A stretch of 55,548 bases of DNA, taken from positions 1 through 55,548 of the IMG/VR virus record IMGVR_UViG_3300032278_000008; one strand, written 5' to 3'. Position numbers and translations under genes: made by a program. Positions within the stretch are counted from its first letter, which is position 1. Each line of letters begins with the position of its first letter. The stretch is from a virus (taxonomy: Duplodnaviria; Caudoviricetes). The notes below the pieces were generated by a model. The model made no database searches. It worked only from the letters and a program-made list of their open reading frames with translations, and was not told the origin of the DNA. Positions 8,996-17,358 of the stretch are shown in pieces.

Positions 8996-9811
8996 TTAAT
9001 CATTACCGAGCGGCCAATTAACTTCGTGCATTGTGTCTACGTCAGTATCATCATCAGGGTTATCCGGATGTCCCGCTTCTATTTTAACTGTCCAATTGTC
9101 AGTGACATCAGCAGTAAATGGGTCGATTGTTAAATTTACTTGTTCGTCTGGATGTTCATCAAGACTACCAGTAAAGAAATTAACCATATAATTTGTTTGT
9201 ACTGTCTTGATAACACCTTGTTCTCTAATTGGTGGATAAATCCATCCCTTCACAACAAAATCGAGAGCCCAATTAACAACTCTGTGGTCGCCGAAATCGC
9301 CTTCAAATTCATCTGTTAGTGCGATACCCGTCAACTCAATAGGAATGTCTCTCTTCATATCTAATTCAGGTATCTCTTCAATGACACAATTAAAGTCTGG
9401 CTGAAAATATGGTAAAATTTGTTCTACAATCTGTAGTCCATCATCCATATAGTCAACATAAATGTCGAGAGTGAAAGTCCAATTATACGGAATAGGGGAG
9501 TATAATTTGTATGCTTTGTCGGCATCATTATGACTAAATCTATACTCGTTCATTTGATTGCCTGCTCGACTAAAGTCTGCTTCCATACCACTCATAATAA
9601 AACCCATTCGTGGAACTTCTTTATTCTTTCTACTGTCTTGGATTAATCGTGCTAGATATTTCTTTCTAGACTCATATGCTAGTGGTATCTTAATATCTTT
9701 AATGAGTGTGCCATCCGCTTCTCTTCGCATAACGTGGAGATTATTGAACACTGACCCAAAAGCGATAATCAGTTTCTTTGTAGTTCCGTGATAAAAAGTT
9801 GTGCCAAACAT
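8996..9811 (-). CDS. gp15: Tail sheath stabilizer / tail completion protein gp15
   Basis: FYHGTTKKLIIAFGSVFNN, IKIPLAY, DGLQIVEQILPYFQPDF. Confidence 0.95.
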   Translation of the reverse strand: MFGTTFYHGTTKKLIIAFGSVFNNLHVMRREADGTLIKDIKIPLAYESRKKYLARLIQDSRKNKEVPRMGFIMSGMEADFSRAGNQMNEYRFSHNDADKAYKLYSPIPYNWTFTLDIYVDYMDDGLQIVEQILPYFQPDFNCVIEEIPELDMKRDIPIELTGIALTDEFEGDFGDHRVVNWALDFVVKGWIYPPIREQGVIKTVQTNYMVNFFTGSLDEHPDEQVNLTIDPFTADVTDNWTVKIEAGHPDNPDDDTDVDTMHEVNWPLGND

Positions 9812-10425
9812 TATTGTGTACTCCCAAATGGATTCATTTCAGATAAGTCAAAGATATCGTCATCTAAACTATCCCAATCTGGAGTATCTAGTGCTTTATC
9901 TATAGTAGCGTCCAGGTCATCAGTAATAGCAGTAATTTCTGGGTCAACAACAGTAATTTCTTCACTACCGTATTCCCAAGGTTTGAGCGTTAATGTCCAT
10001 ATGTGTTGTGAGCCTTCAGGTTCTGGATAAAATGAAGAGTTGTGACCAACAAATGTCACTTCAAATAATGCTTCTGCATCTGTGAAATATAACAAATCTC
10101 CAGCAATTGGAGTATCATCATCTGTGGCTACTGTTTGCTCTGCAAAGTCTTTCTTCGTGAAAGACACTTTCATTTCATCAGTTACAGTTACACCGAACTT
10201 AGAATAGAAATCTCCTACATCACCATATTCTTGATAGTCATCAATTAGTATGTTAAATGTCCATATCGTATCAAAGAACGATGAGGGGTCCTCACCGAAA
10301 ATCGGGTCAATGGCAGTACCGTATTTTCTCGGAAGATATTTTGCTGAAAATCCAATAACAGCAACAACTTCTTCTGCGATATCCTTGACCATTGGGGATT
10401 TGGACATACTATCGAACATACCCAT
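9811..10425 (-). CDS. gp14: Neck protein gp14
   Basis: YLPR, IFGEDP, SKFG, P.AGDLLYF, LFEVTFV; lies between gp13 and gp15. Confidence 0.9.
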   Translation of the reverse strand: MGMFDSMSKSPMVKDIAEEVVAVIGFSAKYLPRKYGTAIDPIFGEDPSSFFDTIWTFNILIDDYQEYGDVGDFYSKFGVTVTDEMKVSFTKKDFAEQTVATDDDTPIAGDLLYFTDAEALFEVTFVGHNSSFYPEPEGSQHIWTLTLKPWEYGSEEITVVDPEITAITDDLDATIDKALDTPDWDSLDDDIFDLSEMNPFGSTQ

Positions 10426-10429
10426 AATG

Positions 10430-11308
10430 TTACCCTACTATAAAGTTGACCGGAAGTTCATAATTCATCGAAAATTCTTCTTGGAGTTTTTCAATCTCCT
10501 CTTTCGCTTCATCCCAAACCTGTTGGCCATTAATTGTAATACCTCCAGGTAATGGCATTCCGTCAAACTGTTTCAAATTTGCACCCCACTGCTGTTTAAT
10601 TTGTGCAGTGGCGTACTTCTTAACCCATTCGTCATTGAATACATCAAGAGCATAACTGCTTGATTCATCTGGTATAACTGCTTGCCAAGCCCTAAGAAGT
10701 ATAGAATTACCGACTGTCCACGTACCAGATGCAGTTTCACAAGCCGATTGGTCTGCGTATGCTGTCCACGTTTCAAGTGCAGTAGTACAGTCTGTTTCTG
10801 TTGTATGAGCCACATCAGAACAAGTTCCTAATGGATTACAACTTGGGCCAACAATATTGCCAGAATGAGAATAAAGTCGATTAGTTGCTTTGTTGAAAGT
10901 GAATGTTCTGTCTAGATTAAAATAACCTTGAATCATCTCCAGATGTTCCATTGTTATCTCGAAATATGCCATATTAACTTTGGTCATATCGAACATCTCA
11001 TCAAACATAATTCTGTAACGTACATCACTCATCGCCTCAGAAGAATATTTTCCAGGCTGATATATCCTGGTTACCGCGACAATATTATCATCGAGGGTTA
11101 TGTATTGATTTGCTTCATCGGTGGGGGTGAATACGTAAGTAACGAACTTCTCCTCTGCCCCATCAAAATGGCGCTCAACGAATAATTGGAGAGCATCATC
11201 TATCCTGTCATATGCTTGAGTATCATCTACTTGGATTTCTATCTTTGGAGCACCAAGTTTCCTATAAGCATAATCTCTTAAATTATCTACTGATTGTAGT
11301 TTAGCCAT
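10430..11308 (-). CDS. gp13: Neck protein gp13 with Cys/Trp insertion
   Basis: RKLGAPKIEIQVD, HFDG, NDEWVKKYATAQIKQQWGANL, LPGGITING. Confidence 0.95.
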   Translation of the reverse strand: MAKLQSVDNLRDYAYRKLGAPKIEIQVDDTQAYDRIDDALQLFVERHFDGAEEKFVTYVFTPTDEANQYITLDDNIVAVTRIYQPGKYSSEAMSDVRYRIMFDEMFDMTKVNMAYFEITMEHLEMIQGYFNLDRTFTFNKATNRLYSHSGNIVGPSCNPLGTCSDVAHTTETDCTTALETWTAYADQSACETASGTWTVGNSILLRAWQAVIPDESSSYALDVFNDEWVKKYATAQIKQQWGANLKQFDGMPLPGGITINGQQVWDEAKEEIEKLQEEFSMNYELPVNFIVG

Positions 11309-11326
11309 AATATTTCCTCGTCATTT

Positions 11327-11704
11327 CTATTTATGTTTCCCATTATATTCTCTACACTTCACCGCCATTATGGCCTTGTATTGTCTGGTTATAGACCACT
11401 TAAATCTTAGAATTGTATACACGAACATTGCCACTGATAATTGATATCCAATATGTATCCCAGCGGATATCATATGTTGTTTTCTATCAGCAATAACAGA
11501 TACAAGGAGTGCGGCATCAGGACTGCAAAGGAAACAATTGAATAGGTGGTATACACTGATTACCGAACCGAGCAAAATAGAAGAGCGTGCCCAACAGGAA
11601 TAATATTTTCGGTGCTTTAGTGTGAAGAAAAAGGCTCCTATGGCGCCTGCCGATACGATTATCGATAGGTATTTTTCAATTTCAAATAATAATTCAATCG
11701 CCAT
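11327..11704 (-). CDS. Multi-pass membrane protein, unknown function
   Basis: Three to four hydrophobic segments; GAGG RBS. Confidence 0.65.
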   Translation of the reverse strand: MAIELLFEIEKYLSIIVSAGAIGAFFFTLKHRKYYSCWARSSILLGSVISVYHLFNCFLCSPDAALLVSVIADRKQHMISAGIHIGYQLSVAMFVYTILRFKWSITRQYKAIMAVKCREYNGKHK

Positions 11705-11710
11705 AGCCTC

Positions 11711-11983
11711 TTATCCACTCTTTATCCAGTATATAACAAGCCCTATGCCTGCAGAGACCATCACCCAGAAGAATCTCTCTCCTGCGCCTATACGGATTTT
11801 ATTTGTAGCAACATCTACATCGTGGTCACCGGCCTGTTCAATTAATTTGTCCAACTTCTTCTCAACTCTATCTACTGAGTTGTAGATAGTTTTCATTTGT
11901 TCTTCTAGTCGGGTAATCCTTTCTTTCATAGTATCAACGGCCACACCAAGATTATCTAATGCTTTTTCTGTTTGGTCTGCCAT
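11711..11983 (-). CDS. Coiled-coil protein with C-terminal TM helix (XhlA/holin-like architecture)
   Basis: Heptad region ERITRLEEQMKTIYNSVDRVEKKLDKL followed by FFWVMVSAGIGLVIYWI. Confidence 0.55.
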   Translation of the reverse strand: MADQTEKALDNLGVAVDTMKERITRLEEQMKTIYNSVDRVEKKLDKLIEQAGDHDVDVATNKIRIGAGERFFWVMVSAGIGLVIYWIKSG

Positions 11984-12026
11984 ATTTTTCCTTACGTATA
12001 TATAAGTGTATAGTTTACTCAGTAAG

Positions 12027-12034
12027 TATTTATA
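12027..12034 (-). promoter_or_regulatory. T4-type late promoter TATAAATA
   Basis: Exact consensus in the divergent gap upstream of the operon leading into gp13. Confidence 0.75.
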
Positions 12035-12060
12035 TAATAAGATGATTTGGAGATAATATT

Positions 12061-13335
12061 ATGAATAAGCGTATTTTTGTGATTGGTGACGTGATGTTGG
12101 ATGAATACTGGGCTGGGACAACTACCCGCCTGTCACCAGAAAGCCCCGTTCCCGTAGTGGATAATGTAATGATAGAGACTCGGCTTGGTGGAGCAGGTAA
12201 TGTCTGTCAGACGTTAAAGGTTTTTACAGACGAGGTTATGCTTTTTTCTACGGTAGGTTTAGATGAATCTGGTGGTATTATATCTGGTCTCTTAGCAGAA
12301 CAAGACATCTCTAATGACCTCAAAATCGGTAAAAATTCAGAAACTATCACAAAGACACGCATCCTCACGAATGACCAACAACTCTGTAGAATCGATAGCG
12401 GGCATATAAAAGACTCTCCTCCGTCATTTGGTGCATCACCAGATGCTATTATCGTGTCAGATTATGGTAAAGGTACTATAACTACAGAACTGTTGGATGA
12501 CCTTATTAACAATAAATCGACATCTTACAAAGGAATCGACTGTCCAATTTTAATCGACCCTAAGGGAACAGATTGGGAAAAATATTCTGGCGCTTACGCA
12601 ATCACACCAAATAAAAAAGAATTTGAAGATGCTTATGGGGAATTTACTTATGAGAAAGCCCTGCAAGTTTGTGAAGATTTAAACGTACAAGGAATTTTAG
12701 TGACTCTTGGTGCAGATGGTATGCACTGGATTGGAAGAGATGGAGCATCTATTCTTAGACAACCTAAACGAAAACAAATTAGAGATGTATCAGGTGCTGG
12801 TGATACCGTTATTGCGACATTCACCTATTTTCTTCCATCAGGCATTAAGAATGCAATGGACTATGCAAATAGAGCCGCTGGTGATGTTGTGAGTAAACTC
12901 GGTACCGCCCCACCAGATAAAGGTGCTGTAATAGAGACTATCGTGTTTACAAACGGATGCTTTGATATTATACACTCTGGACATATTGAGTTGCTTAATA
13001 AAGCCGCGGCATTTGGTAATAAATTGATTGTTGGATTAAATAGTGATGATTCAATGAAGAGAATAAAGCGAGAACCAGTTAATGATGAAGAAGAACGTAA
13101 GAAAGTGTTAGAGTCAATCGCAGGAGTAGATGGTGTAATCTTATTTGATGAGGATACTCCATACGAACTCATCAAACGCCTCATGCCCGATTGCCTGGTC
13201 AAGGGTGGAGACTATACAATTGACACTGTAGTTGGCAATGATTTAGTCAAACAAGTAAAAATAATTCCTATTGTTGAAGGAAAGAGTACAACAAAGACTA
13301 TTGATAAAATATTCAAATTGGATACACCATTATGA
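12061..13335 (+). CDS. hldE: Bifunctional heptose-7-phosphate kinase / heptose-1-phosphate adenylyltransferase
   Basis: PfkB domain (GDVMLDEY, RLSPESPVPV, GGAGNV, SDYGKG, DVSGAGDT) fused to a nucleotidyltransferase (VFTNGCFDIIHSGH, VGLNSD, LVKGGDY, GKSTT). Confidence 0.93.
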   Translation: MNKRIFVIGDVMLDEYWAGTTTRLSPESPVPVVDNVMIETRLGGAGNVCQTLKVFTDEVMLFSTVGLDESGGIISGLLAEQDISNDLKIGKNSETITKTRILTNDQQLCRIDSGHIKDSPPSFGASPDAIIVSDYGKGTITTELLDDLINNKSTSYKGIDCPILIDPKGTDWEKYSGAYAITPNKKEFEDAYGEFTYEKALQVCEDLNVQGILVTLGADGMHWIGRDGASILRQPKRKQIRDVSGAGDTVIATFTYFLPSGIKNAMDYANRAAGDVVSKLGTAPPDKGAVIETIVFTNGCFDIIHSGHIELLNKAAAFGNKLIVGLNSDDSMKRIKREPVNDEEERKKVLESIAGVDGVILFDEDTPYELIKRLMPDCLVKGGDYTIDTVVGNDLVKQVKIIPIVEGKSTTKTIDKIFKLDTPL

Positions 13336-13736
13336 GAAACAAAAAAATTGAAAAGGGGTGGGGTCACGAATTAATCATTGAAAGCAATGACCAATATTGT
13401 ATGAAAGAATTGCATTTTGATAAAATGGGTCACAAATCTTCAATGCACTTCCATAAAGATAAGACTGAGACTTGGTTATGTACGAGAGGGTCAGTTATGG
13501 TTGAATTGATGGATATGAAAGATGCGACAACAAGCAAAATTTACATAGACGAGGGCGGAACTTTTCATATTGAGCCTATGACTCCACATCAAGTGACTTG
13601 TATGAAAGATAATACGGTTATTCTTGAAGCATCAAGCAAGGATATGCCTGAAGATAATTATCGGATTAGACCAGGTGATTCTCAAGATGAAAGACAGGGA
13701 TGGCCAAGTAAATCAACCGCATCCAATAGTGCATAG
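13332..13736 (+). CDS. Cupin-fold protein (mannose-6-phosphate isomerase-like)
   Basis: KGWGHE, SMHFHKDKTETW, P.TPHQ, EASS...DNYR; ATGA overlap with hldE. Confidence 0.8.
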   Translation: MRNKKIEKGWGHELIIESNDQYCMKELHFDKMGHKSSMHFHKDKTETWLCTRGSVMVELMDMKDATTSKIYIDEGGTFHIEPMTPHQVTCMKDNTVILEASSKDMPEDNYRIRPGDSQDERQGWPSKSTASNSA

Positions 13737-13832
13737 CCAACAAGGGCATCCACCAAATAACATCATTGGTATTACTAACAACATAACTAAAATTATGTGA
13801 TGTTTTTTAATTAGAGTTATAAGGTCATTCAT
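13713..13832 (-). CDS. 39-aa peptide: hydrophobic leader + GG + Cys-rich tail, not in the ORF track
   Basis: MNDLITLIKKHHIILVMLLVIPMMLFGGCPCWLCTIGCG*. ATGA overlap with the carbamoyltransferase stop; 24-nt antisense overlap with the cupin 3' end. Confidence 0.5.
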   Translation of the reverse strand: MNDLITLIKKHHIILVMLLVIPMMLFGGCPCWLCTIGCG

Positions 13833-15628
13833 TTCACATTCTCCAAATGTATTAAACTACCTAATTCTGGCATATAACAATATTCCAGTTCAGAGGCCTT
13901 TAAGACTTTCAGTGCATCATCAAGGGTCTCGACTAGAGGCTCACCTGCTAAATTAAATGAAGTATTAAACAATACTGGTACAGTGGTCATTCTGTAAAAC
14001 TCTTCAATGAGTTTATAGAGATATCTGTTTTGAGTTTCGGTCACGGTCTGAATTCTACAGGTATTATCTACGTGTAAAACTGACGGTATCAAATCTCTCT
14101 TATTTTCTAGAACGTCAACAGCATACATCATATTAGGAGATTCCTCTAATCCCCTCATATCAAACCAATCGTGAACCCATTCTTTTAAAATTGCACCTGC
14201 AAACGGTCTGAAATATTCTCGACCCTTCACTTTATTAACTATGTCTTTGCCATTCTCTATAGTTGGATTGAATAGTATGCTTCTATTGCCTAATGCTCTA
14301 GGGCCATTTTCGCTTCTCCCTTGAAATATAGAAATTATTTCTCCATCTTTAAGCAATTTCGCTACATCTTTTCTATCAGCAATAAGAAGTTCAGCATTAT
14401 ATTTCTCTACTGTTTTACGCACATCTTCGATATTATAGTTATATTCTGGTCCCAGAAATAAATTATCTCTTCTTTCTCTAGGCATTAGCCATTCGTTGCC
14501 CTTCTCTTTCTCTAACATATAATGATACAGTAAAGCGGCCCCAGTGGCAGTACCAGCATCACTAGAGTTTGGCTCTACATACAAATTGATGCCGAGGTCG
14601 TTTAATTTATTCAAGTAGTGATAATTAGAAACACAATTAAGTGCATACCCGCCACTCAATACAACATTCTTATTGCCACTCATTTCGGATGCTTTGATGA
14701 TTAGATTTAAAACTTGTTCTTGGGTTTCTTTCTGAACTGCATAAGCCATATCTCTTCTAAGATTGGATTTGGATAAATCATCTTTCCAATCCATATCATC
14801 TAAAAACTCAAATTCTTCTTTACCTATATTAAGACTTGTACGATACGGGTATTGAGCCTTTGTCAAATCTTTATTGGATGTATCACCACGAAACAGGTCA
14901 GGTATTTTATCATTTGAAGAGCCAAATGCAGATAATCCCATAGTCTTGCCTGCATCGTTTATGTGAAATCCACAATAATCTGTGACTGCATCCCAAACTT
15001 TTCCAATTCCAGCGCCCTCATCTGCAACTAATTCAAATTTTTCATCTAATTGTTCATCGTGCATTTCCTTAATATAATAACTTCTTCCCTTGTCGCACCC
15101 CATTTTCTTATATAGAGTCTTGATTCCTTTTGTATAGGAACAGTCGAAAATAGTTTCTATTTCAAAATATATATTTGATTCTTTATCACTTCCGAACTCT
15201 CTACTACTGCCACTACTATCTACAATGACACTCACGGCTGTTTCAAACCCAGAATTATAAAAGGCAATCGTTGAGTGGAGTCTGTGATGATTATCAAACA
15301 TATTGACAACCTGTGGTGATTGCGTATCTAACTCTCCATCTGCCTGCTCGATTAATCCTAATCGTCTTGCGAGTCCTTGATATAAAGGTTCTCTAGTATA
15401 TTCAAGAACGGTGTGTTGACGAGGGTCGTTGGGGTTAGTGGTTAGATTGGACACTACCAGATAATCAATTTTATCTGTATAGTCTAAGATTTTCATCATA
15501 CTGAGTAAAGGCCCGCCATCGTGCTTAGCCCTTGATAGTCTTTCTTCTTCAATAGAAAAAACAACTTCGCCGTTTTTTAATAGACAGACGCCAGCGTTAT
15601 GCCCTAGGGCAATTCCTGCTATCCACAT
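13829..15628 (-). CDS. Carbamoyltransferase, NodU/CmcH family (copy B)
   Basis: GHNAG, EEERLSRAKH, HHRLH, GKTMGL, SGGYALNC, DAGTA, ENGPRALGNRSIL, REYFRPFAG, NTSFNLAGEPLVE. Start at MWIAG chosen by comparison with the paralog. Confidence 0.93.
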   Translation of the reverse strand: MWIAGIALGHNAGVCLLKNGEVVFSIEEERLSRAKHDGGPLLSMMKILDYTDKIDYLVVSNLTTNPNDPRQHTVLEYTREPLYQGLARRLGLIEQADGELDTQSPQVVNMFDNHHRLHSTIAFYNSGFETAVSVIVDSSGSSREFGSDKESNIYFEIETIFDCSYTKGIKTLYKKMGCDKGRSYYIKEMHDEQLDEKFELVADEGAGIGKVWDAVTDYCGFHINDAGKTMGLSAFGSSNDKIPDLFRGDTSNKDLTKAQYPYRTSLNIGKEEFEFLDDMDWKDDLSKSNLRRDMAYAVQKETQEQVLNLIIKASEMSGNKNVVLSGGYALNCVSNYHYLNKLNDLGINLYVEPNSSDAGTATGAALLYHYMLEKEKGNEWLMPRERRDNLFLGPEYNYNIEDVRKTVEKYNAELLIADRKDVAKLLKDGEIISIFQGRSENGPRALGNRSILFNPTIENGKDIVNKVKGREYFRPFAGAILKEWVHDWFDMRGLEESPNMMYAVDVLENKRDLIPSVLHVDNTCRIQTVTETQNRYLYKLIEEFYRMTTVPVLFNTSFNLAGEPLVETLDDALKVLKASELEYCYMPELGSLIHLENVK

Positions 15629-16332
15629 ATGCTTCTTTCTCTGTCCCAATGTTTTACTCTTTTCAGTGGGAATGTAGATGCCTCTATTCCCCCTATAAAA
15701 AATGCTAATGTTAATCTAACATCACCATCATTCCAATAACTATTTGCGGCGTGCCATTCACAAGCATCATACATTATCATACGATTAAAAAAGTTCTTGA
15801 AGCAAAGTTTTTCGTCAAACTTCTTTCTATGTTCTACCCAGCCCTCTTGTTTTGACTCTTCTTCTGGTTGTATTACTGCACCAGGTTTCAAATTAAATAA
15901 TGATGTACCAGAATCTGGGTCAATATCGGGCGTTAGATATATCAATCCAGCAACTTCATCATCTGGGCCGTCTGGAGAATATACACCTACATCTTGATGT
16001 ATCCATCCTTTGTTTTTTATGTTTGATTTTGCTTCGTGAAATCGTGGAATTTCGTGAAAAGACATATTACTGAGTTTCCAAGAAATGTTTACATAGTCTA
16101 AGTCATAATAGCAACTTAAAATTTTTCTTAATATCGTATTATGCAACTCTGCATCTATTTCCCAAAACTGTTTTGACCTCTTACCAGGCTGATTACCTAC
16201 AACTTCTTTCGGCAGAGATTTTCCATACTCCATAATCACTTCAGGAGAAGTAAAGAAATCTTCAACGACAACTGGGAAAAATTTCTCAGGTCTTTGCCAT
16301 CTTGATTTTGTTGCTAGACTTTCGCCTTTCAT
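15619..16332 (-). CDS. 2OG-Fe(II) oxygenase-like protein
   Basis: VVEDFF..P, PGKRS, GWIHQD, AGLIYLTP, GTSLF, FNRMIMYD...WHAA, RLTL (HxD...H...R pattern). Confidence 0.75.
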   Translation of the reverse strand: MKGESLATKSRWQRPEKFFPVVVEDFFTSPEVIMEYGKSLPKEVVGNQPGKRSKQFWEIDAELHNTILRKILSCYYDLDYVNISWKLSNMSFHEIPRFHEAKSNIKNKGWIHQDVGVYSPDGPDDEVAGLIYLTPDIDPDSGTSLFNLKPGAVIQPEEESKQEGWVEHRKKFDEKLCFKNFFNRMIMYDACEWHAANSYWNDGDVRLTLAFFIGGIEASTFPLKRVKHWDRERSICG

Positions 16333-17358
16333 TTAAGGTCTCGACATTATGCCAAAACAAGCATTGTCCATATTCGCTTCGGTAAATGTTTGATATCTGT
16401 CTTGCATTTCGTATGGCATCTGAAAATATGTTATCTTACTTTCATCATCGTTAACAATCTCTAGTGCTAAGTCAAGAAAAGACCGTGATTCTCCAGAACC
16501 AATATTATATACTCCACTTCTACCTGAAGTCATAGCATTGATTGTCATATGAACGACATTTTCAACGTGGACAAAATCTCGATATATTTCGGCTGAACCA
16601 TTGAACAAACGAATCATTCCTGTTTCGTCATATTGTTCTTTCATCCAGGCCATAGCAGATTTCATATTATCTTTGTGTGTCTCTCGTTTACCTTCAGAGA
16701 CAACATTAAAATATCTTAGACCAATAATTTTAGTCCTGTCTGGTCCCTGATTCATAAATTTTCTGCTGTACTTATCTGCTTGAAGTTTCGCTAATGCGTA
16801 GTAACTATCTGGAGTATAATCATCTGATTTGTCATTAAAGGTGCCCCACTCTTTAGTTTGCTGTCCATATACCGCGGCACTTGAAGCATAAACAAGAGGA
16901 ATTCTGCCCATATGACACATATCCATAAGATTACAAGTATATTGATAGTTATTTTCCATCATATGTTTGCCGTCAGTGGAAGCGACATTGCTATCAGCAC
17001 CCATATGATAAACGGCATCGACCATTTCTTTCTCTGCCATAAACATAAACAGTTCTGGAAATTTAGATATATCGCAATAGTCTTGAAATTTGAGGTCTTT
17101 AATATTACGAATCTTGTCTGGATGTGATAAGTCATCAACAAGAAGAATTCTTTCATTCCCCCGATTGTTCAACTTCTCTATCAAGTGACTACCAATGAAG
17201 CCAGCACCACCCGTAACAACAGTTATTTTTGGAATCGGCTCAGCAGGTTTCTTCGGCATTGGCGGCACAGGCTTTTCGCCCGCTTTCAGCAAGACTTCTT
17301 CCTCTCCGACTAGGTCTTTATCTTTAGTTTCTTCTGTTAGAAACACTACGTTTGACAT
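16333..17358 (-). CDS. hldD: ADP-L-glycero-D-manno-heptose 6-epimerase
   Basis: VTGGAGFIGS, MMENNYQY, YASSAAVYG, YALAK, LRYFNV, RETHKDNMKS, RDFVHV, YQTFTEA. Confidence 0.88.
   Translation of the reverse strand: MSNVVFLTEETKDKDLVGEEEVLLKAGEKPVPPMPKKPAEPIPKITVVTGGAGFIGSHLIEKLNNRGNERILLVDDLSHPDKIRNIKDLKFQDYCDISKFPELFMFMAEKEMVDAVYHMGADSNVASTDGKHMMENNYQYTCNLMDMCHMGRIPLVYASSAAVYGQQTKEWGTFNDKSDDYTPDSYYALAKLQADKYSRKFMNQGPDRTKIIGLRYFNVVSEGKRETHKDNMKSAMAWMKEQYDETGMIRLFNGSAEIYRDFVHVENVVHMTINAMTSGRSGVYNIGSGESRSFLDLALEIVNDDESKITYFQMPYEMQDRYQTFTEANMDNACFGIMSRP

Noticed and set aside
12001-12060. Sigma70 promoter for hldE (TATAAT at 12033-12038)
   Set aside because: No properly spaced -35 (TTTACT is only 13 nt away) and the region is very AT-rich; not supportable
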